Assembly: GCA_028705995.1 (NCBI GenBank) | Contig: JAQWCH010000004.1 | Coordinates: 11,064 to 75,063 of the forward strand | Reading direction: 5' to 3' | From: Bacilli bacterium | GTDB lineage: Bacteria; Bacillota_I; Bacilli_A; RFN20; CAG-826 | Length of the DNA stretch: 64,000 bases | In this document: piece by piece, positions 35,939 through 46,764 of the stretch | Layout of the letters: the number at the start of each line of letters is the position of its first letter | Numbering within the stretch: position 1 is the stretch's first letter | Program-made: the position numbers and the translations under genes | Notes under the pieces: generated by a model | Databases searched by the model: none | Told to the model about the DNA's origin: nothing | What the model saw: the letters and a program-made list of their open reading frames with translations, nothing else

Positions 35939-38080
35939 CTATTTCCTAGGACGCTTTTCTTTTTTTACTACTTTTTTTGCGTCTCTTTTACCATTTGTTC
36001 GTTTAAATTTATGATAAGTTTTTTCTGCTTTTTTTCTATTATTACCAACTAGTTGTAAATCAACATTCCCGGTTTCTTTGTTGCTGGATATTACAATTAC
36101 GCTCACTGGCTGACCAATAATATATTGTTCGTTCGTGCGCTTATTTCGAATTGCTAACTGATTTCTTTCTAAATAGTAGTAACCTAACATACTATCAAAG
36201 CGCACAAGACCAGAGACACCATTTTCTAACGTAACAAACATCCCTGAATTAAGAAATCCATCAATATAGCCATTGAATTGTTGACCAAGAAAACGACTCA
36301 TATATTCAGCTGTTTTCATATCGTTACACGCACGTTCTATCAGAACTGCGCGTCGCTCTTTTTCCGAAGCATCTGCTGATAAAAGTTTAAGGTGTTTTTG
36401 ATACTCGACATCAAAAGCGAGTTGATCATCAATTAAATAGCGTTTAAGTGCACGATGGACAAGTAGATCGGGGTAGCGGCGAATGGGGCTTGTAAAGTGT
36501 GTATAACATTTTGATGCTAAACCAAAATGGCCAACATTCTTAATATCGTAGCGGGCACGCGCTAATGATTGTAAAGTACGTTCACGAATTACTGTTGCAT
36601 CACCATTTTTTTGATGAGTGTCGAGAAATAATTGTAAATCGCGCGAAGTAATTTTGTGCGAATTGATCTCTGGCTTATAGCCTAGTTTAATTAAAAGTAA
36701 ATTAAGATTATCCAACCGATCAGGATCAGGTTTTTCGTGAATACGATAGATGAAGGGTAATTTCCGTTCGGCGATAGCGCTGGCAACCGTTTCATTAGCT
36801 AGAATCATAAAATCTTCAATAACTTTTTCTGCTTCGATTCCTTGCTTTTGAATTAATGCCAGTGGATAGCCTTCGGCATCTACATCAATTTTCAATTCTG
36901 GTAAATCAAGATCGAGTGAACCGCGTTCAATTCTCTTTTTCCGAATTTTTCGAGCAAGATGCAACGCTTCAAGTAAAAGAAAATCAACGGCGTTTTCGCC
37001 TTTATTAGCGTCAATAACTTTTTGAAAATATGTGTATGTTAATCGTGCGCTTGATTTAATCACGCTTTTTTTGATTGCGTAATCGATTACTTCGCCGTGT
37101 TTGCTAATCGTCATAATACACGAAAATGTCAGGCGATCCTCATCTGGACGTAACGAACAGAGACCATTTGAAAGTGCAAAGGGTAACATCGGCACAACGC
37201 GATCGGTCACATAAATTGATGTGCCGCGTTCTTGGGCGGCAATATCAATTGGGCTACTTTCTTGAACATAATGCGAAACATCGGCAATGTGAACACCTAA
37301 TATATAGTTTCCACCGCTCTTTTCGATTGAAATTGCATCATCAAAATCTTGTGCATCCTCGCCATCGATTGTGACAATCAACTTTTCACGTAAATCAAGA
37401 CGATCTTTTAAATCATCTGTGCTTAGCTCAATCGGTAAGGATTGTGTGGCATCCATCACTGCATCATCAAAATCAATTGGTGCACCATTTTCTAAAATAA
37501 TTTTAGTAATGTCGACTCCTGGAGCGTTTTTCATCCCTAGTGAACGTAAAAAACGCACTTGGACAAGTGCTGGACCGTATTCTTGAATTAATCCCACAAT
37601 AATTTCGCCTTCTTGACCTATTTGATAATCGCTAAGCAAGAAACGCACTGTTTTTAAAGCCAAGCCTTGAACATTTAAATAACGTTTTCCATTTTCAATA
37701 ATAATCTCGCCAACAACCTTTTGATGGGCCCGCTGATAAACGCGTTCCACAAAATAAGATTTTTGTTGACGTTTTAAAAACACCAAGTCGCCAAGAAAAG
37801 CACCATTAAGTTCATCACCCTCAAGGCGAATGTCATCGCTAGCGTCTTTTACTTCCGCAAATGCAAAATTAGCGCGCACGAGGACAATTTTTGCTTGAAT
37901 TAAATTCACTAATTCCGGTAGAAAATATGCTCCTTGTTCTTCAATTATTGAACCAGTCTGCGTCAATTCTTTAATTAATTCACGGACTAAATGTTCTTCG
38001 ATATCAAAAAAACTTTGAAGTTCGTTAATCTTCACATAAGGATGTTTACTAATATAATCGTATAAATTTTGTTTATTCAT
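35939..38080 (-). CDS. rnr: Ribonuclease R
   Basis: 713 aa. The RNB domain is shown by DGEDAQDFDDAIS and HFGL...YTHFTSPIRRYPDL. A C-terminal S1 domain and a Lys-rich tail follow. Confidence 0.9.
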   Translation of the reverse strand: MNKQNLYDYISKHPYVKINELQSFFDIEEHLVRELIKELTQTGSIIEEQGAYFLPELVNLIQAKIVLVRANFAFAEVKDASDDIRLEGDELNGAFLGDLVFLKRQQKSYFVERVYQRAHQKVVGEIIIENGKRYLNVQGLALKTVRFLLSDYQIGQEGEIIVGLIQEYGPALVQVRFLRSLGMKNAPGVDITKIILENGAPIDFDDAVMDATQSLPIELSTDDLKDRLDLREKLIVTIDGEDAQDFDDAISIEKSGGNYILGVHIADVSHYVQESSPIDIAAQERGTSIYVTDRVVPMLPFALSNGLCSLRPDEDRLTFSCIMTISKHGEVIDYAIKKSVIKSSARLTYTYFQKVIDANKGENAVDFLLLEALHLARKIRKKRIERGSLDLDLPELKIDVDAEGYPLALIQKQGIEAEKVIEDFMILANETVASAIAERKLPFIYRIHEKPDPDRLDNLNLLLIKLGYKPEINSHKITSRDLQLFLDTHQKNGDATVIRERTLQSLARARYDIKNVGHFGLASKCYTHFTSPIRRYPDLLVHRALKRYLIDDQLAFDVEYQKHLKLLSADASEKERRAVLIERACNDMKTAEYMSRFLGQQFNGYIDGFLNSGMFVTLENGVSGLVRFDSMLGYYYLERNQLAIRNKRTNEQYIIGQPVSVIVISSNKETGNVDLQLVGNNRKKAEKTYHKFKRTNGKRDAKKVVKKEKRPRK

Positions 38081-38087
38081 TATCTTT

Positions 38088-38116
38088 AAAAAAATAAAAA
38101 AGGGCTCGCGCCCTTT
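38088..38116 (-). terminator. Rho-independent terminator after secG
   Basis: GC hairpin aaagggc-tcgc-gcccttt (38099-38116), followed on the minus strand by TTTTATTTTTTT. Confidence 0.8.
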
Positions 38117-38120
38117 CTAT

Positions 38121-38345
38121 TTATAATACGTTAGAAAGTATCGCCAAGAGGAAGAACACTGTCGCGAGGCCAAATGTGATATAAGACATCACCTTATCAA
38201 CACCGCGTTCTTTTGTTTTAACAAAAACATTCAGACCGCCCCCGGTAATTGCTCCGGATGCCCCTTCTGATTTTCCGCCTTGGAGAATCGTGATAATAAT
38301 CAAGATAATCGCTACGATTAAGAAAATAATGTCTAATGCCTGCAT
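38121..38345 (-). CDS. secG: Preprotein translocase subunit SecG
   Basis: Trimmed to the ATG at 38345 (GAGGAG RBS). The ~74-aa protein has two hydrophobic helices flanking the Gly-rich loop QGGKSEGASGAITGGG typical of SecG. Confidence 0.8.
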   Translation of the reverse strand: MQALDIIFLIVAIILIIITILQGGKSEGASGAITGGGLNVFVKTKERGVDKVMSYITFGLATVFFLLAILSNVL

Positions 38346-38408
38346 AAATCTACTCCTCAAGTAACATTCGGTATATATAATACTACAAATTATATTTTTT
38401 AGTAACTA

Positions 38409-40382
38409 CTAAGATTGCGCTTGTATCTCAAAAATGTAATCACGCAGTTCGGCTGCTTTCTCAAAATCAAACGCTTTCGCGGCTTCACGCATTTGTTTGT
38501 GCAACTCTTTCACAAATTTTTCTTTTTCGCTTACTGTCATTTTTCCTTTAACAATCTTCTTATCAACAGTGTCTTCATCGAAATTATGAAGCGGTGGTTG
38601 AATCGGTTTGATGATTGTTGTCGGAATAATGCCATTTAATGTGTTGTAATTAACCTGAATTTGTCGCCGGCGATTGGTTTCATTAATCGCCTCATCCATC
38701 GACTTTGTGTATTTATCAGCGTACATAATAACTTTACCGTGTTCATTACGTGCCGCCCGTCCAATAATTTGAATAAGTGAGCGTGTTGACCTGAGAAACC
38801 CCTCTTTATCTGCGTCAAGAATAGCGATCAATGAAACTTCTGGGATATCAAGACCTTCACGTAATAAATTAATACCAACTAAAATGTCGTATTTACCTCG
38901 CCGCAGCTGATAAATTATTTCACTTCGCTCAAGTGTTTTGGTTTCATTATGTAAGTACGCGACTTTGAAACCTTGCGTTTTTAAAAAATCTGTTAAATCT
39001 TCCGCCATTTTAATTGTAAGTGTTACCACCATAATTCGCTCATTAAGACTAACGCGTTCACGAATTTCGAAAATTAAATCATCAATTTGCCCTAAGGTTC
39101 GCCGCACTTCAACTTCTGGATCAATTAATCCTGTTGGTCGTATAATTTGTTCAACAACAACACCTTCTGCTTCATTTAACTCGAAATCACCCGGTGTTGC
39201 TGATGTACAAATTGCTTGTGGGATTAAATCAATAAACTCTTCAAACTTTAAAGGCCGATTGTCAAGAGCGCTTGGTAAACGAAATCCGTATTCAACTAGT
39301 GTTGTTTTGCGCGCTCGATCCCCGTTGTACATACCGCGTACTTGAGGTAAAGAGACGTGACTTTCATCAATTATCATCAAAAAATCTTTTGGAAAATAAT
39401 CCATTAAGCAAAATGGTCGTTGGCCAGGACTTCGACCATCGATATGTCGTGAATAATTTTCAATCCCCGGACACATCCCAAATTCAAGTAAAGATTCGAC
39501 GTCTTGTCGGGTGCGCATATCTAGCCTTTGTTCTTCCAGCAATTGATTATTATTATGAAAAAAATCGAGGCGTTCTCCGAGTTCTTTTAAAATTGTTTTT
39601 GTCGCACGTTCAATTCTTTCCCGGCTTGATGCATGATCATAGGCTGGGAAAATCGGGTGTGTATTAAAACTCGAAATTACTTCACCCGTGAGAATATCAA
39701 CACGGTTAATCGACTCCACTTCATCGCCAAAAGTATCGATGCGAATCGCATATTCATCAGTTGAAGCTGGCACAATTTCAATAATGTCGCCCCGCACACG
39801 GAATGTGCCGGACGATAGTTCCATGTTGTTGCGCTTATATTGTGCATCAATTAAGCGTTTAAAAAGCTTTTTCCGATTAATTTCTTCGCCAACGCGAATT
39901 TCAAAAACTAAATTGCGATACTCATCGGGGTCAGTTAGCCCATAAATCGATGCGACAGACGCCACAACAATTGTATCGCGCCGTTCAAGAACTGAATTAA
40001 TTGCTGCTGTTCGAAGCATTTCAATTTCATCGTTCATAACAGCGTTTTTTTCAATATATGTATCTGAGCGTGGTAAATATGCTTCTGGTTGATAAAAATC
40101 AAAGTTCGAAACAAAATACTCCACACGATTATTGGGAAATAATTGTTTAAACTCCGCATAAAGTTGGCCGGCCAGTGTTTTATTATGAACAAGCACAAGT
40201 GCCGGTCGTTGAACTCGCTCGATGACATTGGCGATAGTAAATGTTTTCCCGGTTCCGGTCGCGCCTAATAAAACCTGAACTTTTTTATTGTTTTTTAAAC
40301 CCGTAACTAAATCGGTGATGGCTTGTGGCTGATCACCAGTTGGTTTATATGGTGAGACGATGCGAAATTGTTCAATATTCAT
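38409..40382 (-). CDS. uvrB: Excinuclease ABC subunit B
   Basis: 657 aa with Walker A GATGTGKT, helicase motifs DESH and the C-terminal UVR domain (AAKAFDFEKAAELRD). Confidence 0.95.
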   Translation of the reverse strand: MNIEQFRIVSPYKPTGDQPQAITDLVTGLKNNKKVQVLLGATGTGKTFTIANVIERVQRPALVLVHNKTLAGQLYAEFKQLFPNNRVEYFVSNFDFYQPEAYLPRSDTYIEKNAVMNDEIEMLRTAAINSVLERRDTIVVASVASIYGLTDPDEYRNLVFEIRVGEEINRKKLFKRLIDAQYKRNNMELSSGTFRVRGDIIEIVPASTDEYAIRIDTFGDEVESINRVDILTGEVISSFNTHPIFPAYDHASSRERIERATKTILKELGERLDFFHNNNQLLEEQRLDMRTRQDVESLLEFGMCPGIENYSRHIDGRSPGQRPFCLMDYFPKDFLMIIDESHVSLPQVRGMYNGDRARKTTLVEYGFRLPSALDNRPLKFEEFIDLIPQAICTSATPGDFELNEAEGVVVEQIIRPTGLIDPEVEVRRTLGQIDDLIFEIRERVSLNERIMVVTLTIKMAEDLTDFLKTQGFKVAYLHNETKTLERSEIIYQLRRGKYDILVGINLLREGLDIPEVSLIAILDADKEGFLRSTRSLIQIIGRAARNEHGKVIMYADKYTKSMDEAINETNRRRQIQVNYNTLNGIIPTTIIKPIQPPLHNFDEDTVDKKIVKGKMTVSEKEKFVKELHKQMREAAKAFDFEKAAELRDYIFEIQAQS

Positions 40383-40384
40383 TT

Positions 40385-41353
40385 TTATCTTTTATTTTTT
40401 TTGTTTATTAACTTGTTAAATCCTTCACCAAAAACACTCTGCGCTTGTGTAAAAGTCACAAATGCCTTTGGGTCAATATGGGCAATTGCCCGATATATTT
40501 CATTGTACTCTTTTCGTTCAAAAACAACAGAAATCAGGCGATATGAATCGAATTGATAACCACCTTCAACATGAAAAATTGTTGTCCCTCGTTCCATTTC
40601 CTTTTGAATATAATCATTAATTTCCCGCCACTTGCTTGAGATAATATTGGCAGTATAAACTGAGGAGCGTCCAACAAACACAAAATCAATCATAATTGCA
40701 CAAATTAAAGCGGCAATAACGCCGACTAATGACGATATCAATTTATCAGTCAGAATAAACATACCTGTGATTACAATGACGGCATCAACAAAAAATGATG
40801 CAGTTGATTGCTTAATTTTTAAATATTTATTTGCAAGTAGGGTAATTACATCAACACCACCCGTTGAGCCACCGCCTAAAAAAGTCATGCCAACACCAAC
40901 GCCCGTTAAAGCACCACCAAAAAGACCACCAATGAGAATTCTTGCGGTTTCAATTTGTCCAGTCCCGTCGGGTAAATAAAGGCTTTGTGAAAATTCATAA
41001 AAAATAGGAATACGGATGAAAACAGAGAGAAATGTTGGAAACAAAATTGTTGAAAGTGCGGTTTTTATTGCAAAAGGTGTTCCAAGAAAAACCCAGCCAA
41101 TTGCAAAAAGGACCACCGCTAAAATTCCAACAACAATATCAACGATACTAAACGAAAAATTAAAAAGATAATCGACGATAATCCCCATACCGGCTAAACC
41201 ACCAGCGTTTATTGATGCAGGAACAAGAAAAATTCCACTAGCAAAAGCAAGAATAAGACTGCCTAAAATTACTAAGATTAAATCACTGGCAATTTTTCTT
41301 TTATCTTTTGCTGTTAAAGGTGTTTTAAATGAAAGCCGTAGTTTTTTAAGCAT
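40385..41353 (-). CDS. YitT-family membrane protein (C-terminal DUF2179 domain)
   Basis: Trimmed to the ATG at 41353, with an 8-nt overlap with prfB. It has a polytopic N-terminal domain plus a soluble C-terminal domain ([10 protein letters not shown]...VVFERKEY...DPKAFVTF). Confidence 0.7.
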   Translation of the reverse strand: MLKKLRLSFKTPLTAKDKRKIASDLILVILGSLILAFASGIFLVPASINAGGLAGMGIIVDYLFNFSFSIVDIVVGILAVVLFAIGWVFLGTPFAIKTALSTILFPTFLSVFIRIPIFYEFSQSLYLPDGTGQIETARILIGGLFGGALTGVGVGMTFLGGGSTGGVDVITLLANKYLKIKQSTASFFVDAVIVITGMFILTDKLISSLVGVIAALICAIMIDFVFVGRSSVYTANIISSKWREINDYIQKEMERGTTIFHVEGGYQFDSYRLISVVFERKEYNEIYRAIAHIDPKAFVTFTQAQSVFGEGFNKLINKKNKR

Positions 41354-42456
41354 GTGCACGCGCCTCCTTTTCCAGAAATGCGTAAATAAATCCCATAATA
41401 TCGCCATCCATCACCGCTTGTACGTTACCGTTTTCAAAATTTGTACGATGATCTTTCACTAATGTATAAGGCTGAAATACATAGGACCGAATTTGCGATC
41501 CCCATTCAATGTTTTTTTGTTCGCCAATAATTTTATTTAACTTTGCTTGTTTGGCTTCCAATTCTTTTTCATAGAGTTTGTTTTTCAACATTTGCATAGC
41601 CGTTTCGCGATTAGATAATTGACTTCTTTCAACTTGGCAACTCACAACGATTCCGCTTGGAATATGCGTAATGCGGACCGCGGTCTCGACTTTATTAACA
41701 TTTTGACCGCCGGCACCGCCCGAGCGATAAGTATCAACCAATAAATCATCATCACGAATCTCAATATCAATATTATCAGTAAAAACTGGGGTAACATTGA
41801 CCGAAGCAAACGAGGTGTGCCGCCGCGCATTCGCATCAAATGGTGATATGCGCACAAGCCGATGGACGCCTTTTTCGCTCTTTAATAATCCATATGCATG
41901 TTTTCCAGAAATTTGTAATGTTGCTGAACTAATCCCGGCTTCATCGCCTTCTAAATAATCCAATATTTTGATACTGAAATTATTTTGCTCAGCAAATCTC
42001 ACATACATGCGATAGAGCATACTTGCCCAATCATGACTTTCAGTACCACCAGCACCAGGATGGATTTCGACCAAGGCATTATTATCATCATAAGGTCCTG
42101 AAAATAAAACAAAAACACGTCTTTTTTCAGCAATATTCTCAAGTTCAAGTAATTGTTCTTCACAAAGTTCTAATAAGTCGTTGTCAACTTCACTAGCGTT
42201 TAGATTACTAACTGACTTTAAATCAAGTAACAAATTTTGCATCGATTTAAAATCATCCGCGATTTCGCGATTCGCATTAAGGCGATTGACAATCGTTAAA
42301 GCTTGTTTTTGATCCTGCCAAAAATCATCGCCATTCATCGATTTTTCATCATCAGCTATTTGCTGTTTAATTTTAGTGAGGTCAAAGGGAGTCGCTAAGC
42401 TGCTGAATGAGTTTAGCGACTTGGTATAGACGATTTCGGAAAATTGAAAATTCCAT
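41346..42456 (-). CDS. prfB: Peptide chain release factor 2, expressed via a programmed +1 frameshift
   Basis: Frame 0 runs from the ATG at 42456 ([24 protein letters not shown]) to an in-frame TGA at 42384-42382, within the sequence CTT TGA C. The +1 frame continues [23 protein letters not shown]... into the 41346..42338 ORF, which contains SPF and GGQ ([11 protein letters not shown]). Confidence 0.9.
42382..42387 (-). other. prfB +1 frameshift site CTT TGA (C)
   Basis: Read directly on the minus strand: ...GAC TCC CTT TGA C... No purine-rich Shine-Dalgarno-like element is visible in the 15 nt upstream. Confidence 0.85.
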
Positions 42457-44849
42457 TACTCTTTTCCTCCTTCGGCATCATTTGGCGCGGATTTATCTTC
42501 ACTTGTTGGGCGTGTCACTTGGACTTTGCTGTTTAATAAGTTGAGAACTACTTCAACACTAATATTATCAAGCATTTCTTGGAAAAGTTTGTATCCTTCA
42601 TTAACATAGTGCTGTAATGGATTTGATCCCGCATAAGAACGCAAATGAATGCCTTGACGTAAGTGATCCATCGTATCAATGTGTCTTGTCCAGTTATGAT
42701 CAATCACTTGTAAAACAATCGAACGCTCCACTTTGTTTGCAACTTCATCACCCCACGTTTTACGCCGCGCTAAATAACGCTTTTGAATTAAAAAGGCTAA
42801 ATCTTCTCCAACTTCATTAATTGAGGAACCGTCATAAGCTTCCGGTTTAATAATTCCTGGATCAAGATATCTTGGTTCCAAAACTTGTTGAAGTTTTTTG
42901 CCGACAACAGCCCCATTCCCATCATCTTCTTTAGCTTTTTCCGCTAATGCCCGACCAGCAATATCAAACATGTCTTCGACAATATCACTAATGTCATTTG
43001 CAAATAAAATTTTATCGCGTTTTCCATAAATGATTTCCCGTTGTTTTGCTAGAACATCATCATAATCAAGAAGGTTTTTACGTGTATCAAAGTTTTGCCC
43101 TTCAATCCGTTTTTGCGCAGAAGTAATCGCGTTCATAAACATTTTATTTTCTAATGTTTCCTCACCCATTTTTTCTGCTAATTTTTGCATCGACTCATTT
43201 GCAAATCGCCGCATTAATTCATCATCAAAAGAAACAAAGAAACGAGAATAACCCGCATCTCCTTGACGACCACTCCGACCACGAAGTTGGTTATCAATCC
43301 GGCGCGCTTCATGTCTTTCAGTGCCAAGAACAGCAAGGCCACCAATTTCGCGCACACCTTCACCAAGTTTAATATCAGTTCCCCGACCAGCCATATTTGT
43401 CGCAATTGTAATCGCGCCTTTTTCACCAGCAAATTTAATAATTTCCGCTTCTTTTTCATGATTCTTCGCATTTAAAACGTTATGCATTAAGCCTGCTTCT
43501 TTTAAAAGATTGCTAACCTCTTCTGATGACTCAACTGATGTCGTTCCAATCAGAATTGGTTGACCAATGGCGTGGCGTTTTTTTATTTCTTCTAAAAGCG
43601 CCGCCATTTTTTGTGGTTTATGTGCGAAAACAATGTCGACTTCATCATTACGAATGACGGGCCGATTGGTTGGAATTACGATAACGCGCATATTATAAAT
43701 TTTGCGGAATTCTTCTTCTTCAGTTTTAGCTGTACCCGTCATCCCGGATAGCTTTTCATAAAGTCGGAAGAAGTTTTGATAAGTAATGGTTGCCATCGTC
43801 ACTGTCTCTTGCTTGATGTTGACGTTTTCTTTGGCTTGGATTGCTTGTTGTAAACCGTCAGAATACTCGCGGCCTTTTAAAATACGTCCTGTGAATTGGT
43901 CGATGAGTTGAATTTCTTGATTGGCATCAACCATGTATTCAACATCGCGCATCATAATGTAGTTAGCCTTAAGTGCCTGATGAATACGGTGCACTAAATC
44001 ACCATGTTGTGGATCATAAAGATTACGAATGCCAAACATCCGCTCGGCTTGTTTATTTCCGTCATCCGTTAAATTACATGTTTTAGTTTTGATATCAACC
44101 GTAAAATGTTTTTCTCTTTTTAGGGTCTTCACAAAACGATCGGCGATCCGATAGGCCGATTCTGACGCTTTTGCTCCACCAGAAATAATTAATGGTGTTC
44201 GCGATTCATCAATAAGAATTGAGTCTGCTTCATCGATAACGGCATATTTTAAACCGCGAAGAACTCTTTGTGTCGCCGATGGCACCATATTATCACGCAA
44301 ATAATCAAAACCAAGTTCGGAGTTTGTTGTATAAGTAATATCACAAAGATAAGCTGCTTGTTTTTCAGAAACAGTCAATTCCCGCAGGTTTACACCAACT
44401 GTGAGACCAAGAAAACGATAAATTTGTCCCATCCATTCAGCATCACGTTTCGCTAAGTATTCGTTAACGGTAACAACGTGTGCTCCTTCGCCTCTTAAGG
44501 CGTTAAGATATATTGTCATCGTCGCTGTTAATGTTTTACCTTCACCAGTCCGCATTTCAGCAACATCACCTTGATTGAGGACAAGGGCGCCCATGATTTG
44601 TACTTTAAAGGGAAATAATCCTAATGTTCTTTTCGCCGCTTCGCGGGCGACTGCAAAAGCTTCAACTTCAATCTCAGCTAAAGGTGCGCCATCAGATAAA
44701 CGTCTACGAAATTCGTCGGTTTTTGCTTTTAAATCTTCATCAGAAAGTGCTGCCATTGTCTTTTCTAAGGCAACGACTTTATCCGCACGTTTCGATAGTT
44801 TTTTTAATCGACGCTCTTCGGTTTTAAAAATTCTTTCAAATAAACTCAT
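42456..44849 (-). CDS. secA: Preprotein translocase ATPase SecA
   Basis: 797 aa with Walker A MRTGEGKTL, DEADSILIDE and the motor and C-terminal domains. A TAATG overlap joins it to prfB. The C-terminal zinc-finger tail is absent. Confidence 0.95.
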   Translation of the reverse strand: MSLFERIFKTEERRLKKLSKRADKVVALEKTMAALSDEDLKAKTDEFRRRLSDGAPLAEIEVEAFAVAREAAKRTLGLFPFKVQIMGALVLNQGDVAEMRTGEGKTLTATMTIYLNALRGEGAHVVTVNEYLAKRDAEWMGQIYRFLGLTVGVNLRELTVSEKQAAYLCDITYTTNSELGFDYLRDNMVPSATQRVLRGLKYAVIDEADSILIDESRTPLIISGGAKASESAYRIADRFVKTLKREKHFTVDIKTKTCNLTDDGNKQAERMFGIRNLYDPQHGDLVHRIHQALKANYIMMRDVEYMVDANQEIQLIDQFTGRILKGREYSDGLQQAIQAKENVNIKQETVTMATITYQNFFRLYEKLSGMTGTAKTEEEEFRKIYNMRVIVIPTNRPVIRNDEVDIVFAHKPQKMAALLEEIKKRHAIGQPILIGTTSVESSEEVSNLLKEAGLMHNVLNAKNHEKEAEIIKFAGEKGAITIATNMAGRGTDIKLGEGVREIGGLAVLGTERHEARRIDNQLRGRSGRQGDAGYSRFFVSFDDELMRRFANESMQKLAEKMGEETLENKMFMNAITSAQKRIEGQNFDTRKNLLDYDDVLAKQREIIYGKRDKILFANDISDIVEDMFDIAGRALAEKAKEDDGNGAVVGKKLQQVLEPRYLDPGIIKPEAYDGSSINEVGEDLAFLIQKRYLARRKTWGDEVANKVERSIVLQVIDHNWTRHIDTMDHLRQGIHLRSYAGSNPLQHYVNEGYKLFQEMLDNISVEVVLNLLNSKVQVTRPTSEDKSAPNDAEGGKE

Positions 44850-44928
44850 ATCTAGTTCCTTGCTTCTAACTTTTTAATTTCGGTTAAATATTCCATATCA
44901 TTCTATCATTTATATGATAGGCACTCAA

Positions 44929-45615
44929 TCAATCATACACATTTAATATTTTATTACTATTTACTTTAGTTTCAGCTAATACTAGCACAGAAATTTTTTT
45001 TGCATGATGGGCCTTTGCTAAATCAATCATTGCACGAATTGTCGCTCCGGTTGTCTTTACATCATCAACAATCAGCACATTTTTATTGCGAATCTTTTCT
45101 GGTGAGATTATTTTCAAATGTTGACCAATTTCTTGCCTTTGGTAATAATTTAATCCCGCTTGTTTTACTTCGGCTGTCTTTAAAAATATCGGTAAAATTG
45201 GTAGATTTAAACAAGAAAAAATATTAATAACATGATTAAATCCCCGTTGTTGATTACTCGCTTCTGTTGATGGCGCTGGTAATAGCAAAAATTTTCTATA
45301 TCGATAATGCAGAAAACGTGCAAATGGCTGGAGAAATATCGATGAAATTTCGATATCAAACGCGCCTTTCAATTGATACAAATATTGGCGGATAGTCTCG
45401 TCATAAAAATAAATAGCTAAACCTTTTTGGCCTTGTATATAAAAATTGTGAAAAATTGGCTTAAACTTTTTTTGACATTGAGAACATATAAGCGGTTTTT
45501 GCAAAAAAACATCTATGAAACTCACTTCTTTTAGCGGTTTAAAACATAATTTACAAAAATTGATTTTTACTTTTTGTGTCGGCGATAGCGCCTTCCATTT
45601 CTCGTGTAATTTCAT
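44929..45615 (-). CDS. comFC: ComF family protein (ComFC, phosphoribosyltransferase-like)
   Basis: 228 aa with N-terminal Cys pairs (CKLC...CSQC) and a C-terminal PRTase motif VLIVDDVKTTGAT. Confidence 0.8.
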   Translation of the reverse strand: MKLHEKWKALSPTQKVKINFCKLCFKPLKEVSFIDVFLQKPLICSQCQKKFKPIFHNFYIQGQKGLAIYFYDETIRQYLYQLKGAFDIEISSIFLQPFARFLHYRYRKFLLLPAPSTEASNQQRGFNHVINIFSCLNLPILPIFLKTAEVKQAGLNYYQRQEIGQHLKIISPEKIRNKNVLIVDDVKTTGATIRAMIDLAKAHHAKKISVLVLAETKVNSNKILNVYD

Positions 45616-46693
45616 TTGCTAAAAAAATCACCTCTCCTTCTGGTGCGCTTAACTTGCGGCCAACACGACCGCTGATTTGTACTAACGCTTTTTGATTAAA
45701 AAGTGGATGATGTGCATTAAAAATTAAAACTTGTAAGTTTTCGATTGTAATTCCGCGCTCGAGAACTGATGTTGTAACTAAGAAACTGAGATTTTTATTT
45801 TTAAAACTTGTAATAATTTCCGCGCGACGTTCGCGCAAACTATGAACATAATTTCCCTTTTTAACAAAAATATTGATAAAACGAAATACCATCTCTGTTT
45901 GTTCAATAGTTGGAACAAAAATTAAAAAGGGTTTAGCATTTTTCTTCCATTCTTGACACTTTCGAAGCAAATAGAGATATTGGAATCCCAATATACGGAT
46001 TATTAAAACCGGGACCGGAAGTGGATGATGATGAAACCGTTCAAATAATGTCAATAATGTATCACTACTACGAAATTCATTAATTTCTTGCCGACTTGGT
46101 GTGGCACTCATTAAGACATAATTACCGCGCACACTTCTTCTAAACATCGTAATCAACAAATCATTATCTACAAAAGGAAAAGCATCAATTTCATCAAATA
46201 TTAATAAGTCGAAATAGTGTGGGTAGCGGTAAAGTTGATGAGTCGTAAGAATGACAATTTGACCTTCTAGATTATCTACATGACCACCATAAACGACTGC
46301 TATTTCTATTGTGGGAAAAGCACTTTTTAGCCGTTCTGATAATTCGATAACGACATCTTTCCGTGGAATCGTGAAGCCTACTTGTAAGCCTTGGTTTAAA
46401 GCTTCAACAATGACCGCAAACACTAATTCGGTTTTGCCAGCCCCAGTAACAGCGTAAATTAACGTATTGCTATTTGCTTTAAAGTTCTCAACCACTTTTT
46501 GCGAAATTATTGATTGATTGCTAGTGAGCTCATAGTTGATCAAGGGTTTAATATTCCTTTTGGGGTAAAAACGCTGAGCCGCCTCGCTACCTTGAAAAGA
46601 TAAACACCTTCGGCAATAAGCTTGTCCATTACGAAAACCAATATATTTTGAATCTTGATTACCACATTTTGGGCAGCAAAAGTTATCATTCAT
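45551..46693 (-). CDS. comFA: ComFA-like DEAD/DEAH-box helicase
   Basis: Trimmed to the ATG at 46693 (MNDNFCCPKCGN...YCRRC zinc finger). It has Walker A AVTGAGKTE, DEID (Walker B) and helicase C motifs. It overlaps comFC by 65 nt. Confidence 0.8.
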   Translation of the reverse strand: MNDNFCCPKCGNQDSKYIGFRNGQAYCRRCLSFQGSEAAQRFYPKRNIKPLINYELTSNQSIISQKVVENFKANSNTLIYAVTGAGKTELVFAVIVEALNQGLQVGFTIPRKDVVIELSERLKSAFPTIEIAVVYGGHVDNLEGQIVILTTHQLYRYPHYFDLLIFDEIDAFPFVDNDLLITMFRRSVRGNYVLMSATPSRQEINEFRSSDTLLTLFERFHHHPLPVPVLIIRILGFQYLYLLRKCQEWKKNAKPFLIFVPTIEQTEMVFRFINIFVKKGNYVHSLRERRAEIITSFKNKNLSFLVTTSVLERGITIENLQVLIFNAHHPLFNQKALVQISGRVGRKLSAPEGEVIFLANEITREMEGAIADTKSKNQFL

Positions 46694-46764
46694 ATAAAAA
46701 AAATAGTGGGCCTTGACACTAAAAATATCAAAAATTAAAAAACCTTGGTTTCCCAAGGTTTCGT

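Noticed and set aside
42456-42560. SecA ends without the C-terminal CxCxxxxxxxCC zinc-finger tail.
   Set aside because: Loss of this tail is common in several low-GC lineages, so it is not informative on its own.
44903-44920. Perfect 7-bp hairpin ctatcat-ttat-atgatag between comFC and secA.
   Set aside because: It is an AT-only stem with no following T-run on the transcribed (minus) strand. This is too weak to call a terminator or attenuator.
44916-44926. The 11-mer gataggcactc is repeated at 44916-44926 and 63957-63967.
   Set aside because: A single 11-nt repeat in 64 kb is expected by chance, and the flanks show no further similarity.
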